NCBI GenBank assembly: GCA_009694435.1
Contig: SHUY01000001.1
Coordinates: forward strand, 345 to 64,344
Reading direction: 5' to 3'
Source: Acidimicrobiia bacterium
Lineage (GTDB): Bacteria; Actinomycetota; Acidimicrobiia; IMCC26256; PALSA-555
DNA: 64,000 bases
This document shows, one piece after another, positions 35,676 through 46,270 of the stretch. Within the stretch, counting starts at the first letter, position 1; each line of letters starts with the position of its first letter. The notes under the pieces are model-generated. The model made no database searches. It saw nothing but the letters and a program-made list of their open reading frames with translations, and had not been told where the DNA came from. The position numbers and the translations under genes were made by a program.

Positions 35676-37091
35676 CTATTTCTTTTTCTTAGGCTTAGGA
35701 CTAGTCATATCCTGCGGACGAACAAGCCCGTCAAAATCTTTACTATCAACATGACCGAGCTCGTGGGCGGCCGCCTTAAGAGTGGTCTTGTTCTTATGAG
35801 CGTGCTTGGCAATTTCGGCAGCTTTGTCATAACCAATATGAGGATTAAGCGCAGTTACCAGCATGAGTGAATTTTGTACGTGTTCAGCGATTTTCTCTTC
35901 GTTCGCTTCAATACCTTCTACCGCGAACTTGCGGAAATTGGTACACGATCCAGCCAGCAGCTCAATAGAGTGAAGAAGATTGAAGATCATCACTGGTTTA
36001 AAAACATTTAACTCAAAGTTGCCTTGTGATCCAGCAATTCCTACTGCCGCGTCGTTGCCCATAACCTGAACGCACACCATAGTGAGTGCTTCACTTTGGG
36101 TGGGATTGACTTTGCCGGGCATAATCGATGAACCAGGCTCGTTTTCGGGAAGAATAAGTTCTCCCAGACCGGCTCGCGGCCCTGAAGCCAACCAGCGAAC
36201 ATCGTTGGCAATTTTCATTAGTGAAACCGCCAGAGTGCGCAACGCTCCACTAGCGAAAACGATCGCGTCGTGGGCCGCGAGGGCCGCAAACTTATTAGGA
36301 GCGCTGACGAAAGGGTGTCCGGTGATTTTAGCGATGTGCTTAGCCACTTCGTCGGAAAACTCGGGATGAGTGTTTATTCCAGTACCAACAGCAGTACCCC
36401 CGATAGCTAACTCGTATAGCCCAGGAAGAGTTGTGGCAATGCGATCAAGATCTGCATCTAGTTGGGCTACGTAGCCCGAAAACTCTTGTCCTAGCGTGAG
36501 TGGGACTGCATCTTGTAAATGAGTGCGACCTATTTTTACTATTCGATCAAATTCTTTAGCTTTGACCCCAAGAGCGTCGCGCAATGCTTTTACTGCTGGA
36601 GTAAGCGTTGAGATCATCTCCTCGACTGCGGAAATGTGCATTGCGGTAGGGAAAGTGTCATTAGAAGACTGGGACATATTCACTGAATCGTTAGGGTGAA
36701 TTGGCTCTTTGTCGCCTCTAACACCACCGGAGATTTCATTAGCCCTATTAGCAATGACCTCATTTACGTTCATGTTGGTTTGAGTTCCACTACCGGTTTG
36801 CCAAATAAATAATGGGAATTCATCGGTAAATCCCCCGGCGAGAATTTCGTCCGCGGCCGCTACGATGAGTTTGGAATCATCAGCAGACATTTCGCCAAGG
36901 TCTCGATTGGTTAAGGCTGCAGCTTTCTTCAAGATCACCATGCCGCGGATAAGCGCTTCGGGCATGCGGTCGTTGCCAATAGAGAAATGATGGAGCGACC
37001 GTTGAGTTTGTGCACCCCAGTACCGGTCTGCGGGAACCTCGATGGTCCCCATGCTGTCGGATTCGGTACGCGTTGATTCTGATTTGGCCAT
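35676..37091 (-). CDS. fumC: class II fumarate hydratase
   Basis: 471 aa with the lyase signature [15 protein letters not shown] and a FumC-type N-terminus ([23 protein letters not shown]). RBS GGAGGA. Confidence 0.95.
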   Translation of the reverse strand: MAKSESTRTESDSMGTIEVPADRYWGAQTQRSLHHFSIGNDRMPEALIRGMVILKKAAALTNRDLGEMSADDSKLIVAAADEILAGGFTDEFPLFIWQTGSGTQTNMNVNEVIANRANEISGGVRGDKEPIHPNDSVNMSQSSNDTFPTAMHISAVEEMISTLTPAVKALRDALGVKAKEFDRIVKIGRTHLQDAVPLTLGQEFSGYVAQLDADLDRIATTLPGLYELAIGGTAVGTGINTHPEFSDEVAKHIAKITGHPFVSAPNKFAALAAHDAIVFASGALRTLAVSLMKIANDVRWLASGPRAGLGELILPENEPGSSIMPGKVNPTQSEALTMVCVQVMGNDAAVGIAGSQGNFELNVFKPVMIFNLLHSIELLAGSCTNFRKFAVEGIEANEEKIAEHVQNSLMLVTALNPHIGYDKAAEIAKHAHKNKTTLKAAAHELGHVDSKDFDGLVRPQDMTSPKPKKKK

Positions 37092-37120
37092 TTAGAGTCC
37101 TCCGATTATTAACATCGACG

Positions 37121-37942
37121 CTACCGCGCCTCTCGTTCGGCTTTGCGCACATGGCGATCCATCGACCATCGCACGTAGGGGCCCAATAGCCCGCTGAGGC
37201 GAACTAGTGCTGCGCCGCCCAAATCCGCCGTCACCCACAGCCGATTACGCTCAATCCCTTTCACCATGGCGCGAGCGACCTCATCGGCGCTACGAACTCT
37301 AATTGCCCCCGATATAAGGGCAGTAGCAGCAGGCTTAGTCAAAGCCTCCGCAGCTAAACCCGGGGTGTCGGTGTCGGGTGGAAATACGCAACTTACTTTT
37401 ATCGAGTGAGGGCGCATCTCGCTGCGTAAAGTTTCGGCTAGTCCTTTAACCGCAAATTTAGTAGGCGAATAAGCCGAATAACCATAGACTCCGACTAAGC
37501 CGGCATCCGAAGATACCAACATCAAGTGACCTCGCTTACGAGAGATCATGCTCGGCAATACCGCGCGAACAGCATAAATAGTTCCGAGGTAGTTAAGTTG
37601 CATTTGTTCGGAAAATAAGTCAATTGGTAAAGACTCGATATGACCTGGTTGAGCAGCTCCCGCGTTAGCCACTAAAACATCAACCGGACCGTTCTGATCT
37701 ACTAGTTGTTTTACTGCTCGTGCTAGAGCGGCAGCGTCAGTCACGTCCGCACTTTGAGTAATTACTGATTTCTCGGAGTTTTCAGCGTTTAATTGTGCCG
37801 CCACTTTTATTAATCGAGATGAGTCGCGCGCGATAAGCGATACGCGCGCACCGCGAGACTGACACTGTCGAGCCAGCGCCAACCCAATACCTTGAGAACC
37901 ACCAGTTATTAAAACATGGGCATCAGCAAGACGAGTCATCAA
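37121..37942 (-). CDS. short-chain dehydrogenase/reductase
   Basis: 273 aa with TGGSQGIG, NAGA and YSPTK catalytic motifs. Confidence 0.85.
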   Translation of the reverse strand: MMTRLADAHVLITGGSQGIGLALARQCQSRGARVSLIARDSSRLIKVAAQLNAENSEKSVITQSADVTDAAALARAVKQLVDQNGPVDVLVANAGAAQPGHIESLPIDLFSEQMQLNYLGTIYAVRAVLPSMISRKRGHLMLVSSDAGLVGVYGYSAYSPTKFAVKGLAETLRSEMRPHSIKVSCVFPPDTDTPGLAAEALTKPAATALISGAIRVRSADEVARAMVKGIERNRLWVTADLGGAALVRLSGLLGPYVRWSMDRHVRKAEREAR

Positions 37943-38008
37943 CCCGACTGTATTACCGTGGTGGGTGCCTGAGGCGAGTTAAGCGATTTTCTCCAGTACG
38001 GTAGGGGT

Positions 38009-40264
38009 GTGAATAAAAGCCGTCACCGCCTCAGAATTGCCTTAGTAATAACGGTATTGGCCGCAGTAGGCGTAGCCCCGATCGAATCATCAGCCACCTC
38101 GATCCATCCTTTGTCTTATGTCAGCGACTCAAGCGAACCGCTCAAGGTTCGTGGCAGCGTCGGTCAGGTGATAGTACAAGGGGCACCAGCGGCGATAGAA
38201 GTCCGTCTGATCTCAAAGCGTAAAAAAATAGTTGACCAAGGTACTACTGATTCTTTTGGGTCTTACCTTTTTCGTTCGGTACGGGCTGGGTTGGGCTACA
38301 CCGTTTCGGTTGGATCTGGAGAAACCGAATCGACTTTAAGCTCACCGGTTAGAGTTTTAGCGAAGAAAGATACCCCCACTAAATCATTTTATAAAAACCA
38401 AAAACTAGTTGACGGCTATCAATATCTAGAGACTCGAGACGGAACCCTGCTAGCCGCAAACGTCACTTTGCCGGGGCCGATTGAACGAGGTCCTTACCCC
38501 ACCGTTATTGAATATTCGGGTTACGACCCCGCCAACCCAGAAGAACCCCAACCCACTAGCCAAATCGCGAGTTTGCTGGGCTACGCCGTTGTGGGGATCA
38601 ATGTGCGCGGTTCCGGATGCTCAGGGGGAGCGTGGTCATTCTTTGATGACCTACAACAAACCGACGGGTACGACGCAGTAGAAACGGTAGCCAGTCAGTC
38701 ATGGGCTTTGCACCACAAGGTAGGGATGGTCGGAATTTCTTACCCTGGGATTAGTCAACTTTTTGTGGCGGCCACTCAACCGCCGCACCTTGCCGGTATA
38801 ACTCCGCTTTCAGTGGTGGGCGATGTGTGGGCTGACGCGCTTTACCCCGGAGGGATATTAAATACCGGCTTCGTAGTGCCTTGGGCCGACGATCGGCAAT
38901 CTGACGCGCAACCAGCACCAAAAGGGGGCCAAGGTTGGGCAAAACGCCGCGTCCGAGCGGGTGATGAGGTTTGTGCGGATAATCAAACCTTGAGGCTGCA
39001 AACAGTTGACGTGAGGAAAAATATCGACTCTCAGGCTTATCGTTCTTACCAAGACACGGAATTAACATCGCCCAACCAATTTTCTCAAAATATAAAAGTG
39101 CCGGTGTTTTTAGCCGGAAGCTGGCAAGACGAGCAGACGGGGGCGGGTTGGCCCGATTTAATCCCTGGGCTGTTAGGTCGAGTGCCGCTGAAAGTTACTA
39201 TGACTAACGGAACTCATGCTGACTCACTTGGCCCCGGTGTAATTACTCGCTGGGCAGAATTTCTTGATTTTTATGTTGCCCGCAAGGTTCCTAGTATCTC
39301 GGCGGCGGCCCGAGCAACTGCGGCTACTGGTTACGCTCAATTAGCAGGAGAACCAGTTGAGTTGCCTCCTGATCGTTTCTTGCCGGAAGAAAACTTTAAA
39401 TCGGCACTCAAGAGATATGAGTCTGAATCACCAATTCGAGTTCTATTTGATAGTGGTGGGGGAAAAGCCGTAGGAGCACCCAAGGCGGTGTTTGAGGCCG
39501 AATTCGATAAGTGGCCGCCGCGACAAGCGCGAATAACTAATTATTACTTTGGTGACCAAGGAACGCTAACGGATAAAAACCCTACTGATTCGGGTGTCGA
39601 TTCTTTTCGTTACGAGCCCAGCGCATTGCCCGCGACCAGCCATTCGTCGGGTGAAGACGACTACTTCAACGCCTTACCTGACTACGATTGGACTCCGCTC
39701 CCCCCCGACTTGGGAGTCGGCTATACCAGTGAACCTATGACTAAACCCATAGTTCTTCTCGGACCAGTAAGCGCCGATCTGTGGGTGCAGTCTTCTCAAG
39801 CCGACGTTGATTTAGAAGTCGCTTTAACTGAAGTTAGGCCCGATGGCCAAGAAATCTATTTACAGAGCGGCTGGTTACGAGCTAGTCGTCGTTATCTCAA
39901 TAAAAAAACTTCAACTCGACTTCAACCTCAACCAACATTCACTAAGGCTGATGAGGAAATGCTTACCAAAAAAAAGCCGACACTAGTTCGGGTGCCAATT
40001 TTTGCCGTTGGCCATGCGGTTCGGGCAGGGTCGCGCCTTAGAGTGACTGTTCAACCCCCGGGTGGAAACCGCCCGAGATGGGCTTTTTCTGCTTTGCCGG
40101 GTTCGCAAACCGCCACCGTTAGCATCACCCACTCACGAAACTATCCGTCGCGAGTGGTGCTGCCTATCGTCACCGGAGTAAAAGTGACGGTAGATGCGCC
40201 GGCTTGCCCAGGGCTACGGGGTCAACCTTGTCGCGAGTTCGTCGCTACTGCTACGGGAGGGTAA
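38009..40264 (+). CDS. secreted CocE/NonD-family hydrolase (S15 X-Pro dipeptidyl-peptidase-like)
   Basis: 751 aa with a signal peptide. It has YPTVIEYSGY, the nucleophile elbow GISYPG and a C-terminal beta-sandwich-length region. GTG start. Confidence 0.75.
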   Translation: MNKSRHRLRIALVITVLAAVGVAPIESSATSIHPLSYVSDSSEPLKVRGSVGQVIVQGAPAAIEVRLISKRKKIVDQGTTDSFGSYLFRSVRAGLGYTVSVGSGETESTLSSPVRVLAKKDTPTKSFYKNQKLVDGYQYLETRDGTLLAANVTLPGPIERGPYPTVIEYSGYDPANPEEPQPTSQIASLLGYAVVGINVRGSGCSGGAWSFFDDLQQTDGYDAVETVASQSWALHHKVGMVGISYPGISQLFVAATQPPHLAGITPLSVVGDVWADALYPGGILNTGFVVPWADDRQSDAQPAPKGGQGWAKRRVRAGDEVCADNQTLRLQTVDVRKNIDSQAYRSYQDTELTSPNQFSQNIKVPVFLAGSWQDEQTGAGWPDLIPGLLGRVPLKVTMTNGTHADSLGPGVITRWAEFLDFYVARKVPSISAAARATAATGYAQLAGEPVELPPDRFLPEENFKSALKRYESESPIRVLFDSGGGKAVGAPKAVFEAEFDKWPPRQARITNYYFGDQGTLTDKNPTDSGVDSFRYEPSALPATSHSSGEDDYFNALPDYDWTPLPPDLGVGYTSEPMTKPIVLLGPVSADLWVQSSQADVDLEVALTEVRPDGQEIYLQSGWLRASRRYLNKKTSTRLQPQPTFTKADEEMLTKKKPTLVRVPIFAVGHAVRAGSRLRVTVQPPGGNRPRWAFSALPGSQTATVSITHSRNYPSRVVLPIVTGVKVTVDAPACPGLRGQPCREFVATATGG

Positions 40265-42056
40265 TCCGCTGGGCCGTGAGTGCGGCTTGTTCGGCGGCGT
40301 TTAACTGCTCCTCAATGATGCTTAACCCACCATCCCAAAATGTAGGGTCAGAAAGATCCACCCCAACGATGCGGCCTAACTCCTGAGGCGACTTAGAACC
40401 CCCCTGACGCAAGAGTTCAAGGTAAGAATCGACAAAACTGGTGCCCCTCTCTTCGTAAAGTCGGTAGACCGACAGGGCAAGAAGTTGGCCGTAGGCGTAG
40501 GCGTAGACGTATCCCGGAGTTCCGATGAAGTGTGGAATATATGACCACCACGACCGGTAACCCTCAGTCAATTCAACCGAGTCACCCAGCATGTCACTTT
40601 GAGAAGAAACCCATAAATCGCCAAATTGTTCTACCGAAACTTCTCCCTGTTCCCGCCTCCAAGTGTGGGCCGAGTCTTCGAATTGATTCATGGCCACTTG
40701 CCTAAAAACAGTGGCAATTTGTCCTTCGAGGCTCTCGGCTAATAAAGCTAGTCGCTGATTAGGCTCAGTCGTTTCGGAAAGTAGGCGACCGAAAGTTACG
40801 GTCTCACCAAAAACTGATGCTGTTTCCGCCAAAGTAAGAGGTGTATTTTGATGAAACACTCCTTGTTCGCGGGCAAGGTATGCGTGTAGCCCATGACCAA
40901 GTTCATGAGCCAAAGTCAGAACATCGCGCCGTCGACCTGTCCAATTAAGAAGTAAGTACGGATGGTGGTCAGGAACGGTATACGCGCAAAATGCCCCTGA
41001 GCGCTTACCTGGGCGTTGGGGGGCATCAATCCACTTTTCGTTAAAAAATCTTTCTACGACATCAGACAACTCAGGTGAAAACGATTTGTAAGCATCACTC
41101 ACTATTTCGCGTGCGGCACTCCAGCTAAAAGTTTCTTCCGTGTCGGAAACCAGCGCCATGCGGTCATAGTCGGAAATACGATCAAGCCCCAGTAATTTGG
41201 CTTTCAGGGTGTACCAACGCTGAGGAATGTCGTAACGACTAACTACTGCTTCAACTAATGCCGCTACCGATTCGTCGCTGGCTTCATTGTCAAGATTGCG
41301 GCTCGCCAGCCAATTATCAAAGTGCCGTAGCCGGTCGTCGGATCCCTTATCAGCCAAAAGCGTATTAAAAATAAATGCCCGGGTGCGAAGTCCGGGTTCA
41401 AGAGCACAGGTGACTGCTAGCGCCGCCTCTTTACGAACTGACCGCTCCGGTGACTGGAGGCGTGACAACCCTTCTTCTAGGCTGATTGTTTCGCCGGAGA
41501 TATCAACTTCAATAGTTGAGGTAAGTTCACTGAATAACCTCCCCCACGCACTTGAGCCAGTTACGGCCTTGTCAGCCAAAATCTTTTCTTCTGGTTCAGA
41601 CAAAAGATGCGGGCGATAGCGCCGAGCTGCGCTTAAGTGGTGACGACAAAAATCTAACTCGGGCTGGGTTAAAACCTCTTCTACGTGGGCATCGTCGGCC
41701 GCAGCCCACTCCAACTCAACGAAAAGCAAAGTATTAGATATCTCGGTAGACTTTTCGTCGGCGTTAGCCATCTGAGCGCCAAACTCGGGATTCGTAGTAT
41801 CAACCGAAAACTTAAGTCCAACGTATGATCCGACTCGACCGACACCATCACTTATTTGCGCGAGAGCGTGCATTGCTTTGGCTAAATCAGAGGCTGACAA
41901 GTACGCGATCCGACCTCGATATTTTTCTGAAAATTTTTCGGCCTCTTCGGCCGCTTCGGCTAGGAGCGAATCGACCGAACCGGTTTCGCCTAAAAGTGGC
42001 TCAAGGTCCCACGCCACATCGGTGGCCAACTGATCGGAGTCGGAAACTGCTTTCAC
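40251..42056 (-). CDS. M3-family oligoendopeptidase (PepF-like)
   Basis: 601 aa with the zinc motif HELGHGLH. Its 3' end overlaps the convergent gene by 14 nt. Confidence 0.85.
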   Translation of the reverse strand: MKAVSDSDQLATDVAWDLEPLLGETGSVDSLLAEAAEEAEKFSEKYRGRIAYLSASDLAKAMHALAQISDGVGRVGSYVGLKFSVDTTNPEFGAQMANADEKSTEISNTLLFVELEWAAADDAHVEEVLTQPELDFCRHHLSAARRYRPHLLSEPEEKILADKAVTGSSAWGRLFSELTSTIEVDISGETISLEEGLSRLQSPERSVRKEAALAVTCALEPGLRTRAFIFNTLLADKGSDDRLRHFDNWLASRNLDNEASDESVAALVEAVVSRYDIPQRWYTLKAKLLGLDRISDYDRMALVSDTEETFSWSAAREIVSDAYKSFSPELSDVVERFFNEKWIDAPQRPGKRSGAFCAYTVPDHHPYLLLNWTGRRRDVLTLAHELGHGLHAYLAREQGVFHQNTPLTLAETASVFGETVTFGRLLSETTEPNQRLALLAESLEGQIATVFRQVAMNQFEDSAHTWRREQGEVSVEQFGDLWVSSQSDMLGDSVELTEGYRSWWSYIPHFIGTPGYVYAYAYGQLLALSVYRLYEERGTSFVDSYLELLRQGGSKSPQELGRIVGVDLSDPTFWDGGLSIIEEQLNAAEQAALTAQRITLP

Positions 42057-42067
42057 TAATGCTCAGC

Positions 42068-44314
42068 CTAGGACGCTGGAGCGACGACTCGGTCAGGCAA
42101 AAGTGACTCTGGTAATGGCTCAGAGTGAACAACGGTAAGGTTTTGAGTGGCTCGAGTGAGCACCACGTAAAGCAGGCGCAAGCCCAAGGCATCGGATGTC
42201 ACTAGTTGAGTGGGCTCAACCACGATTACATGATCGAATTCCAACCCTTTGGCTCCCCGAGCATCGTAAATACCTACGGGGGCATCGAGGGCATCTACGG
42301 TGGCCGTAACGGCCCCCACGTCAGCCAGAGCCGCTACTAGATCAAGGTGATGGGGCCGAGGGGCGACCACGGCTACAGTTCCGCCGATCGCTATTGCTTG
42401 TCGAGCAGCCTCGCCGGCCGCGAGAACCAGATCACCGGACTCGACCTTTTCAAACTTAGGCCACACTCCGGTTTCGCGTACCGCCCGGGTGGGCTTGATG
42501 TCGGGCGCCCCGGCCGCTAACACGCCGTGCGCCACCGCCATAATTTCTGCGGGAGTTCGATAATTGACGCTGAGAGTCACTACATCAGACGGACGGCGCT
42601 CATCGAGAGTTTTCAATACTGCATCCCACGACGAGGCAGAACCGGCAGTGCTCGCTTGACCAAAATCGCCCACTACGGTCATTGAACCCGACGGGCAGCG
42701 CCGCACCAACATGCGCCACTGCATCGGCGAAAGATCTTGGGCTTCGTCGACGACCACATGACCAAAAGTTCGGGGTTCGTCACTACCAATGAACCCACCG
42801 TCTCGCGGATCAGCGTAGCGTTGCGCGAGTTCGTCAGGAGAGAAAAACCCTTCGACTCCCAGTTCGGCTACCACTTGGGCCGCGTCGGGATCAGCAACTC
42901 TTGGTTTCTGATTGAGTTTGGCCCGTGATGACTCAATCGGTCCGAGTAAAGAATCGGCCTCATCAATGAGCGCAAGATCAGACTCGCTCCATTTAACTTT
43001 CCGGACGTCATCTTGCCTCTCTCGCGCCAGCAACTCATATTCTTCGGGCTCGAGAATTCCGCTAGCGGCTGAGGCGATCAAACTGGGGAATGAAAACAGA
43101 TCGTGTAAAAGTTCGGCTCCGGAAAGAGTGGGCCACATGCGGATAAGGGCGGCGCGTATCTCTGGAATAGCCCGGATACGACGACCAAGTTCTTTAATCA
43201 CTTCAGGGTCATCTTCAATCACATCAACTCGAGCTTTTTGGTACTGAGACAAAAGATGGTCAGTAACAGTACGAAGCACCCGAATGCGCTTTTCGTTGTG
43301 TCGACCTCGAGCAGCCTTAGCCTTTTCAACCACACGATTAGAGAAATCTTTTCGTAAGCGTAAAATCGTTCCATCAAGGACTACGGCAACATTCTTGGCT
43401 AAAGCGTGCTCTCGATCGTTGAGGGCACGCTTTATGACCTGAGCCATACGAGCGTCGCCTTTGATGTGAGCCACCTCAGAATCATCGGCTGACCGAACCG
43501 AATACTGAGGCTTAAGGCTAATAGCAGTAGAGAGTTGCACATCTTGTTCGCCTAAGGCGGGGAGTACTTGATCGATGTAGCGCAAAAATAATGTATTGGG
43601 GCCAATGAGTAAAACTCCATCATTAACTAACCGATCTCTGTAGGTGTAAAGAAGATAAGCCGCTCGGTGAAGAGCTACTGCGGTTTTACCGGTTCCGGCT
43701 CCACCGGTGACGACTAATACCCCAGCCAACGGAGCCCGAATGGCTTTATCTTGCTCCGATTGAATAGTGGCAACGATGTCACCCATTCTCCCGGTCCGCT
43801 CCCGGTTTAACGCCGAAAGCAACGCGCCTTCACCCATAACTTCGTAACCAGCATCGTCAACTGCTTCTTGGTCAAATACTTCATCGTCGATCCCGACAAG
43901 CACTCGACCCTCGTTGGCTTTGCTAAGAAAATGTCGACGCCGCACGACGTCCATAGGTTCTATGGCTGTCGCGCGGTAAAACGCCTCGGCTACCGGTGCT
44001 CGCCAGTCGATAACTACCGGTGTGTGATCATCGTCAGTTACAGAAATGCGCCCGACGTAGTGCGTTTGGGTATCTTCAAGATCAAGGCGACCAAAACACA
44101 GGGGCAAGTCGCCAATCTCTAGCGAACCGAGACGGCGACGACTGGTTTCTTCCGCAGCTTCTCGCTCTAGACGAGCCTGATGGGTGCCCCCTTGTCCCAC
44201 CGAGGAGTAGCCCTTTGCTAAACGCCTAGCCGCATCCCGCATTGCGTCAAGATAGGAATAGGCGACATCGAGGTAAGCCTGCTCACTCTCGAGATCGGGG
44301 TGGGAATTCGTCAT
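42068..44314 (-). CDS. UvrD-family helicase, HelD-like
   Basis: 748 aa with Walker A GGAGTGKT, VVDEAQD, and a C-terminal UvrD_C-like LYVVLTRA. The N-terminal extension (EQAYLDVAYSYLDAMRD) is as in actinobacterial HelD proteins. Confidence 0.75.
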   Translation of the reverse strand: MTNSHPDLESEQAYLDVAYSYLDAMRDAARRLAKGYSSVGQGGTHQARLEREAAEETSRRRLGSLEIGDLPLCFGRLDLEDTQTHYVGRISVTDDDHTPVVIDWRAPVAEAFYRATAIEPMDVVRRRHFLSKANEGRVLVGIDDEVFDQEAVDDAGYEVMGEGALLSALNRERTGRMGDIVATIQSEQDKAIRAPLAGVLVVTGGAGTGKTAVALHRAAYLLYTYRDRLVNDGVLLIGPNTLFLRYIDQVLPALGEQDVQLSTAISLKPQYSVRSADDSEVAHIKGDARMAQVIKRALNDREHALAKNVAVVLDGTILRLRKDFSNRVVEKAKAARGRHNEKRIRVLRTVTDHLLSQYQKARVDVIEDDPEVIKELGRRIRAIPEIRAALIRMWPTLSGAELLHDLFSFPSLIASAASGILEPEEYELLARERQDDVRKVKWSESDLALIDEADSLLGPIESSRAKLNQKPRVADPDAAQVVAELGVEGFFSPDELAQRYADPRDGGFIGSDEPRTFGHVVVDEAQDLSPMQWRMLVRRCPSGSMTVVGDFGQASTAGSASSWDAVLKTLDERRPSDVVTLSVNYRTPAEIMAVAHGVLAAGAPDIKPTRAVRETGVWPKFEKVESGDLVLAAGEAARQAIAIGGTVAVVAPRPHHLDLVAALADVGAVTATVDALDAPVGIYDARGAKGLEFDHVIVVEPTQLVTSDALGLRLLYVVLTRATQNLTVVHSEPLPESLLPDRVVAPAS

Positions 44315-44396
44315 GGACTCTCCGCAAGTAAAGAACGTTCCAATCTACAGCCTTGCGGCCCCGCATCCAAACGGGACACGAAAAAGTTTGCCCGAC

Positions 44397-45047
44397 CTAG
44401 ATCTGGTCAGGAACGGTGAACTCAACTTGGTTGGGATCAAACAACAGGACGCTTTCCTCTAGAACGAATTCACCATCTTCGTAGCGAATCCATCGGCCCC
44501 CTAGGTTCGGCACCCGTTCGCGAATATCGCTCAGCAAATGTTCTACTGAGCGAATAACCCCTCCATGAGTAACAACTAAGGTCGTAGGAGCCGCAATGGC
44601 TAAATCGACTAAGACCGGAATAACTCGGCCGAGCAAAGGCTCATCTTTTTCAAATCCGGGGGGGCGACGCTGGGTCTCGATCCAGTCGGGGTAATCCGCA
44701 GCGATTTCGTCGTGGGTTAGCCCGGTCCATTCGCCGGCGTGGCGCTCACGCAAGCCCTCGTGGACAGAGACCTCGAGTTCTGGTGGTGCAATTAACTCTG
44801 CGGTATGGCGCGCTCGCTCTAAATCCGACGCCACTACTGCGTTGATATTTAGTTGTGTTATTGAGTCACGAGCCGCTTGAGCCTGCTGAACGCCGAGACT
44901 GGATAAAGGAGGATCGGCTTGACCCTGCCAACGCCCTTCGGCGTTCCAAGTTGATTGACCGTGGCGAATTAGAAGTAGGCGAGAAGACACGGATAACGAC
45001 GGTAGTAGATCAGGGCCGACAGGGGCGATTAGTCGAAGAATTCTCAC
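44397..45047 (-). CDS. histidine phosphatase family protein (phosphoglycerate-mutase-like)
   Basis: The RHG motif LLLIRHGQSTWN and a later H in VVTHGGVI. The start is uncertain, with GTG at 44990 as the alternative. Confidence 0.8.
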   Translation of the reverse strand: MRILRLIAPVGPDLLPSLSVSSRLLLIRHGQSTWNAEGRWQGQADPPLSSLGVQQAQAARDSITQLNINAVVASDLERARHTAELIAPPELEVSVHEGLRERHAGEWTGLTHDEIAADYPDWIETQRRPPGFEKDEPLLGRVIPVLVDLAIAAPTTLVVTHGGVIRSVEHLLSDIRERVPNLGGRWIRYEDGEFVLEESVLLFDPNQVEFTVPDQI

Positions 45048-45119
45048 TGCTGGTGGCCTCTAATAGCCCTGGGATAATTTCTGCTTTCGCGACCGTGCTA
45101 GAGGCGATAGCGTAGAGGC

Positions 45120-46166
45120 GTGTCCATAATCGTCAAACGCCCCGCCACTCTTGTCGTTAATGATGAGGAGCGAGCGATTTCCGTTGCCATTGAGAACCAT
45201 ACTTGGCTTATTTCCCCTCGCGACTTGGAGTCGGCTATTGGTTGGGAATTGCGGGAAGAAGGACTGTGTCGAGGCGACGTGTGCGTGCCGGTACGCGATA
45301 AAAATCTGCTCGAGGTGGGAAACGACATCGCTCTTGACCGAGTGGCCGAAACCCTACGACGCCCTTTTGCGACCGAATCCGATCCGCCTATGGCCGTTAT
45401 CGGAAATCCTGATAGCGGATCCCGACTCGGATCGGAAAGCGCCCCTAATTTTTCTTTACCCGATATCGACGGAAATCAGGTATCACTCGATGACTACGCC
45501 GGGCGCAAGCGTTTGCTTCTAGCTTGGTCTTCTTGGTGAGGTTGTCGCTGGGATCTGCCGGTCTGGCAGACACTGTTGGAAGAGTTAAAAGATTACGATT
45601 TTACGATTATTGCTATTGCGCTTGATGAAGACGTTGACGCTATTCGTCAGTGGGCGCGTGACGAACCCACTACTCCCCTGACTTATCCAGTATTAGTTGA
45701 TCGCGACTTTATTTTTGCCGAAACTTACGGGATAACGAACGTTCCGAGCACTGTTTGGATTGATGAAGCAGGCAATGTTGTACGACCACCCGCGATTACC
45801 CCCGGCGACGACACTTTCAAAGATTTCACCCAAATAGATTCTTCCGTACACCACGAAGCATTGCGGGCTTGGGTGCGAGAAAACACTCCACCGATGAGCC
45901 CGACTGAGCTGCGAGAACGAATCGTTCCCGCCGGCGAATCTCTCTCCCTCGCTCGAGCCGAGCGCCGACTCTCAATGCACCTCTTGCGGGCCGGTCACCA
46001 AGAAAGAGCTGCCGTTCATCTCGCTACCGCCATGGAACTCGCGCCCGAAGATTGGACTATCCATCGGGGCTCAATGCCGGTAAGAGGTGAAGACCCCTTT
46101 GGTCAAGCATTTTTCGATTTCTACCAAGCGTGGGAAACCGCCGGTCGGCCGGGATACGCTCCCTGA
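45120..46166 (+). CDS. TlpA/ResA-like thioredoxin-fold oxidoreductase with one in-frame TGA at 45537..45539 (candidate selenocysteine, alternatively a pseudogene)
   Basis: ORFs 45120..45539 and 45576..46166 share a frame and are separated only by this TGA. The context is ...GRKRLLLAWSSW-TGA-GCRWDLPVW..., which is the WCxxC position of the family. The downstream TlpA-like core is intact (FTIIAIALDED, YPVLVDRD, NVPSTVWIDEAGNVV). Confidence 0.55.
45554..45570 (+). promoter_or_regulatory. SECIS-like hairpin 14 nt downstream of the in-frame TGA
   Basis: TCTGCC-GGTCT-GGCAGA is a 6-bp stem with a GGUCU apical loop, read directly from the sequence. Confidence 0.4.
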
Positions 46167-46270
46167 GATTGATTCTCATCTTGTCTACGGCTGCTGGGGC
46201 GAGCCGACGCGCCGAGCGCGGTCGCGATAATGTTCACAACAATTCCGCCTAACCAAACAGGAGAACATTC

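Noticed and set aside
40251-40264. A 14-nt overlap of the convergent 3' ends of the CocE/NonD and PepF-like genes, with a similar 20-nt overlap at 58482..58501 (bioB and the phosphatase).
   Set aside because: Short convergent overlaps are common in compact genomes, and nothing further was seen there.
45151-45522. The alternative-frame 123-aa ORF overlapping the 5' half of the TlpA-like gene.
   Set aside because: It has no motifs, whereas the 45120 frame shows clear TlpA-type sequence up to the TGA.
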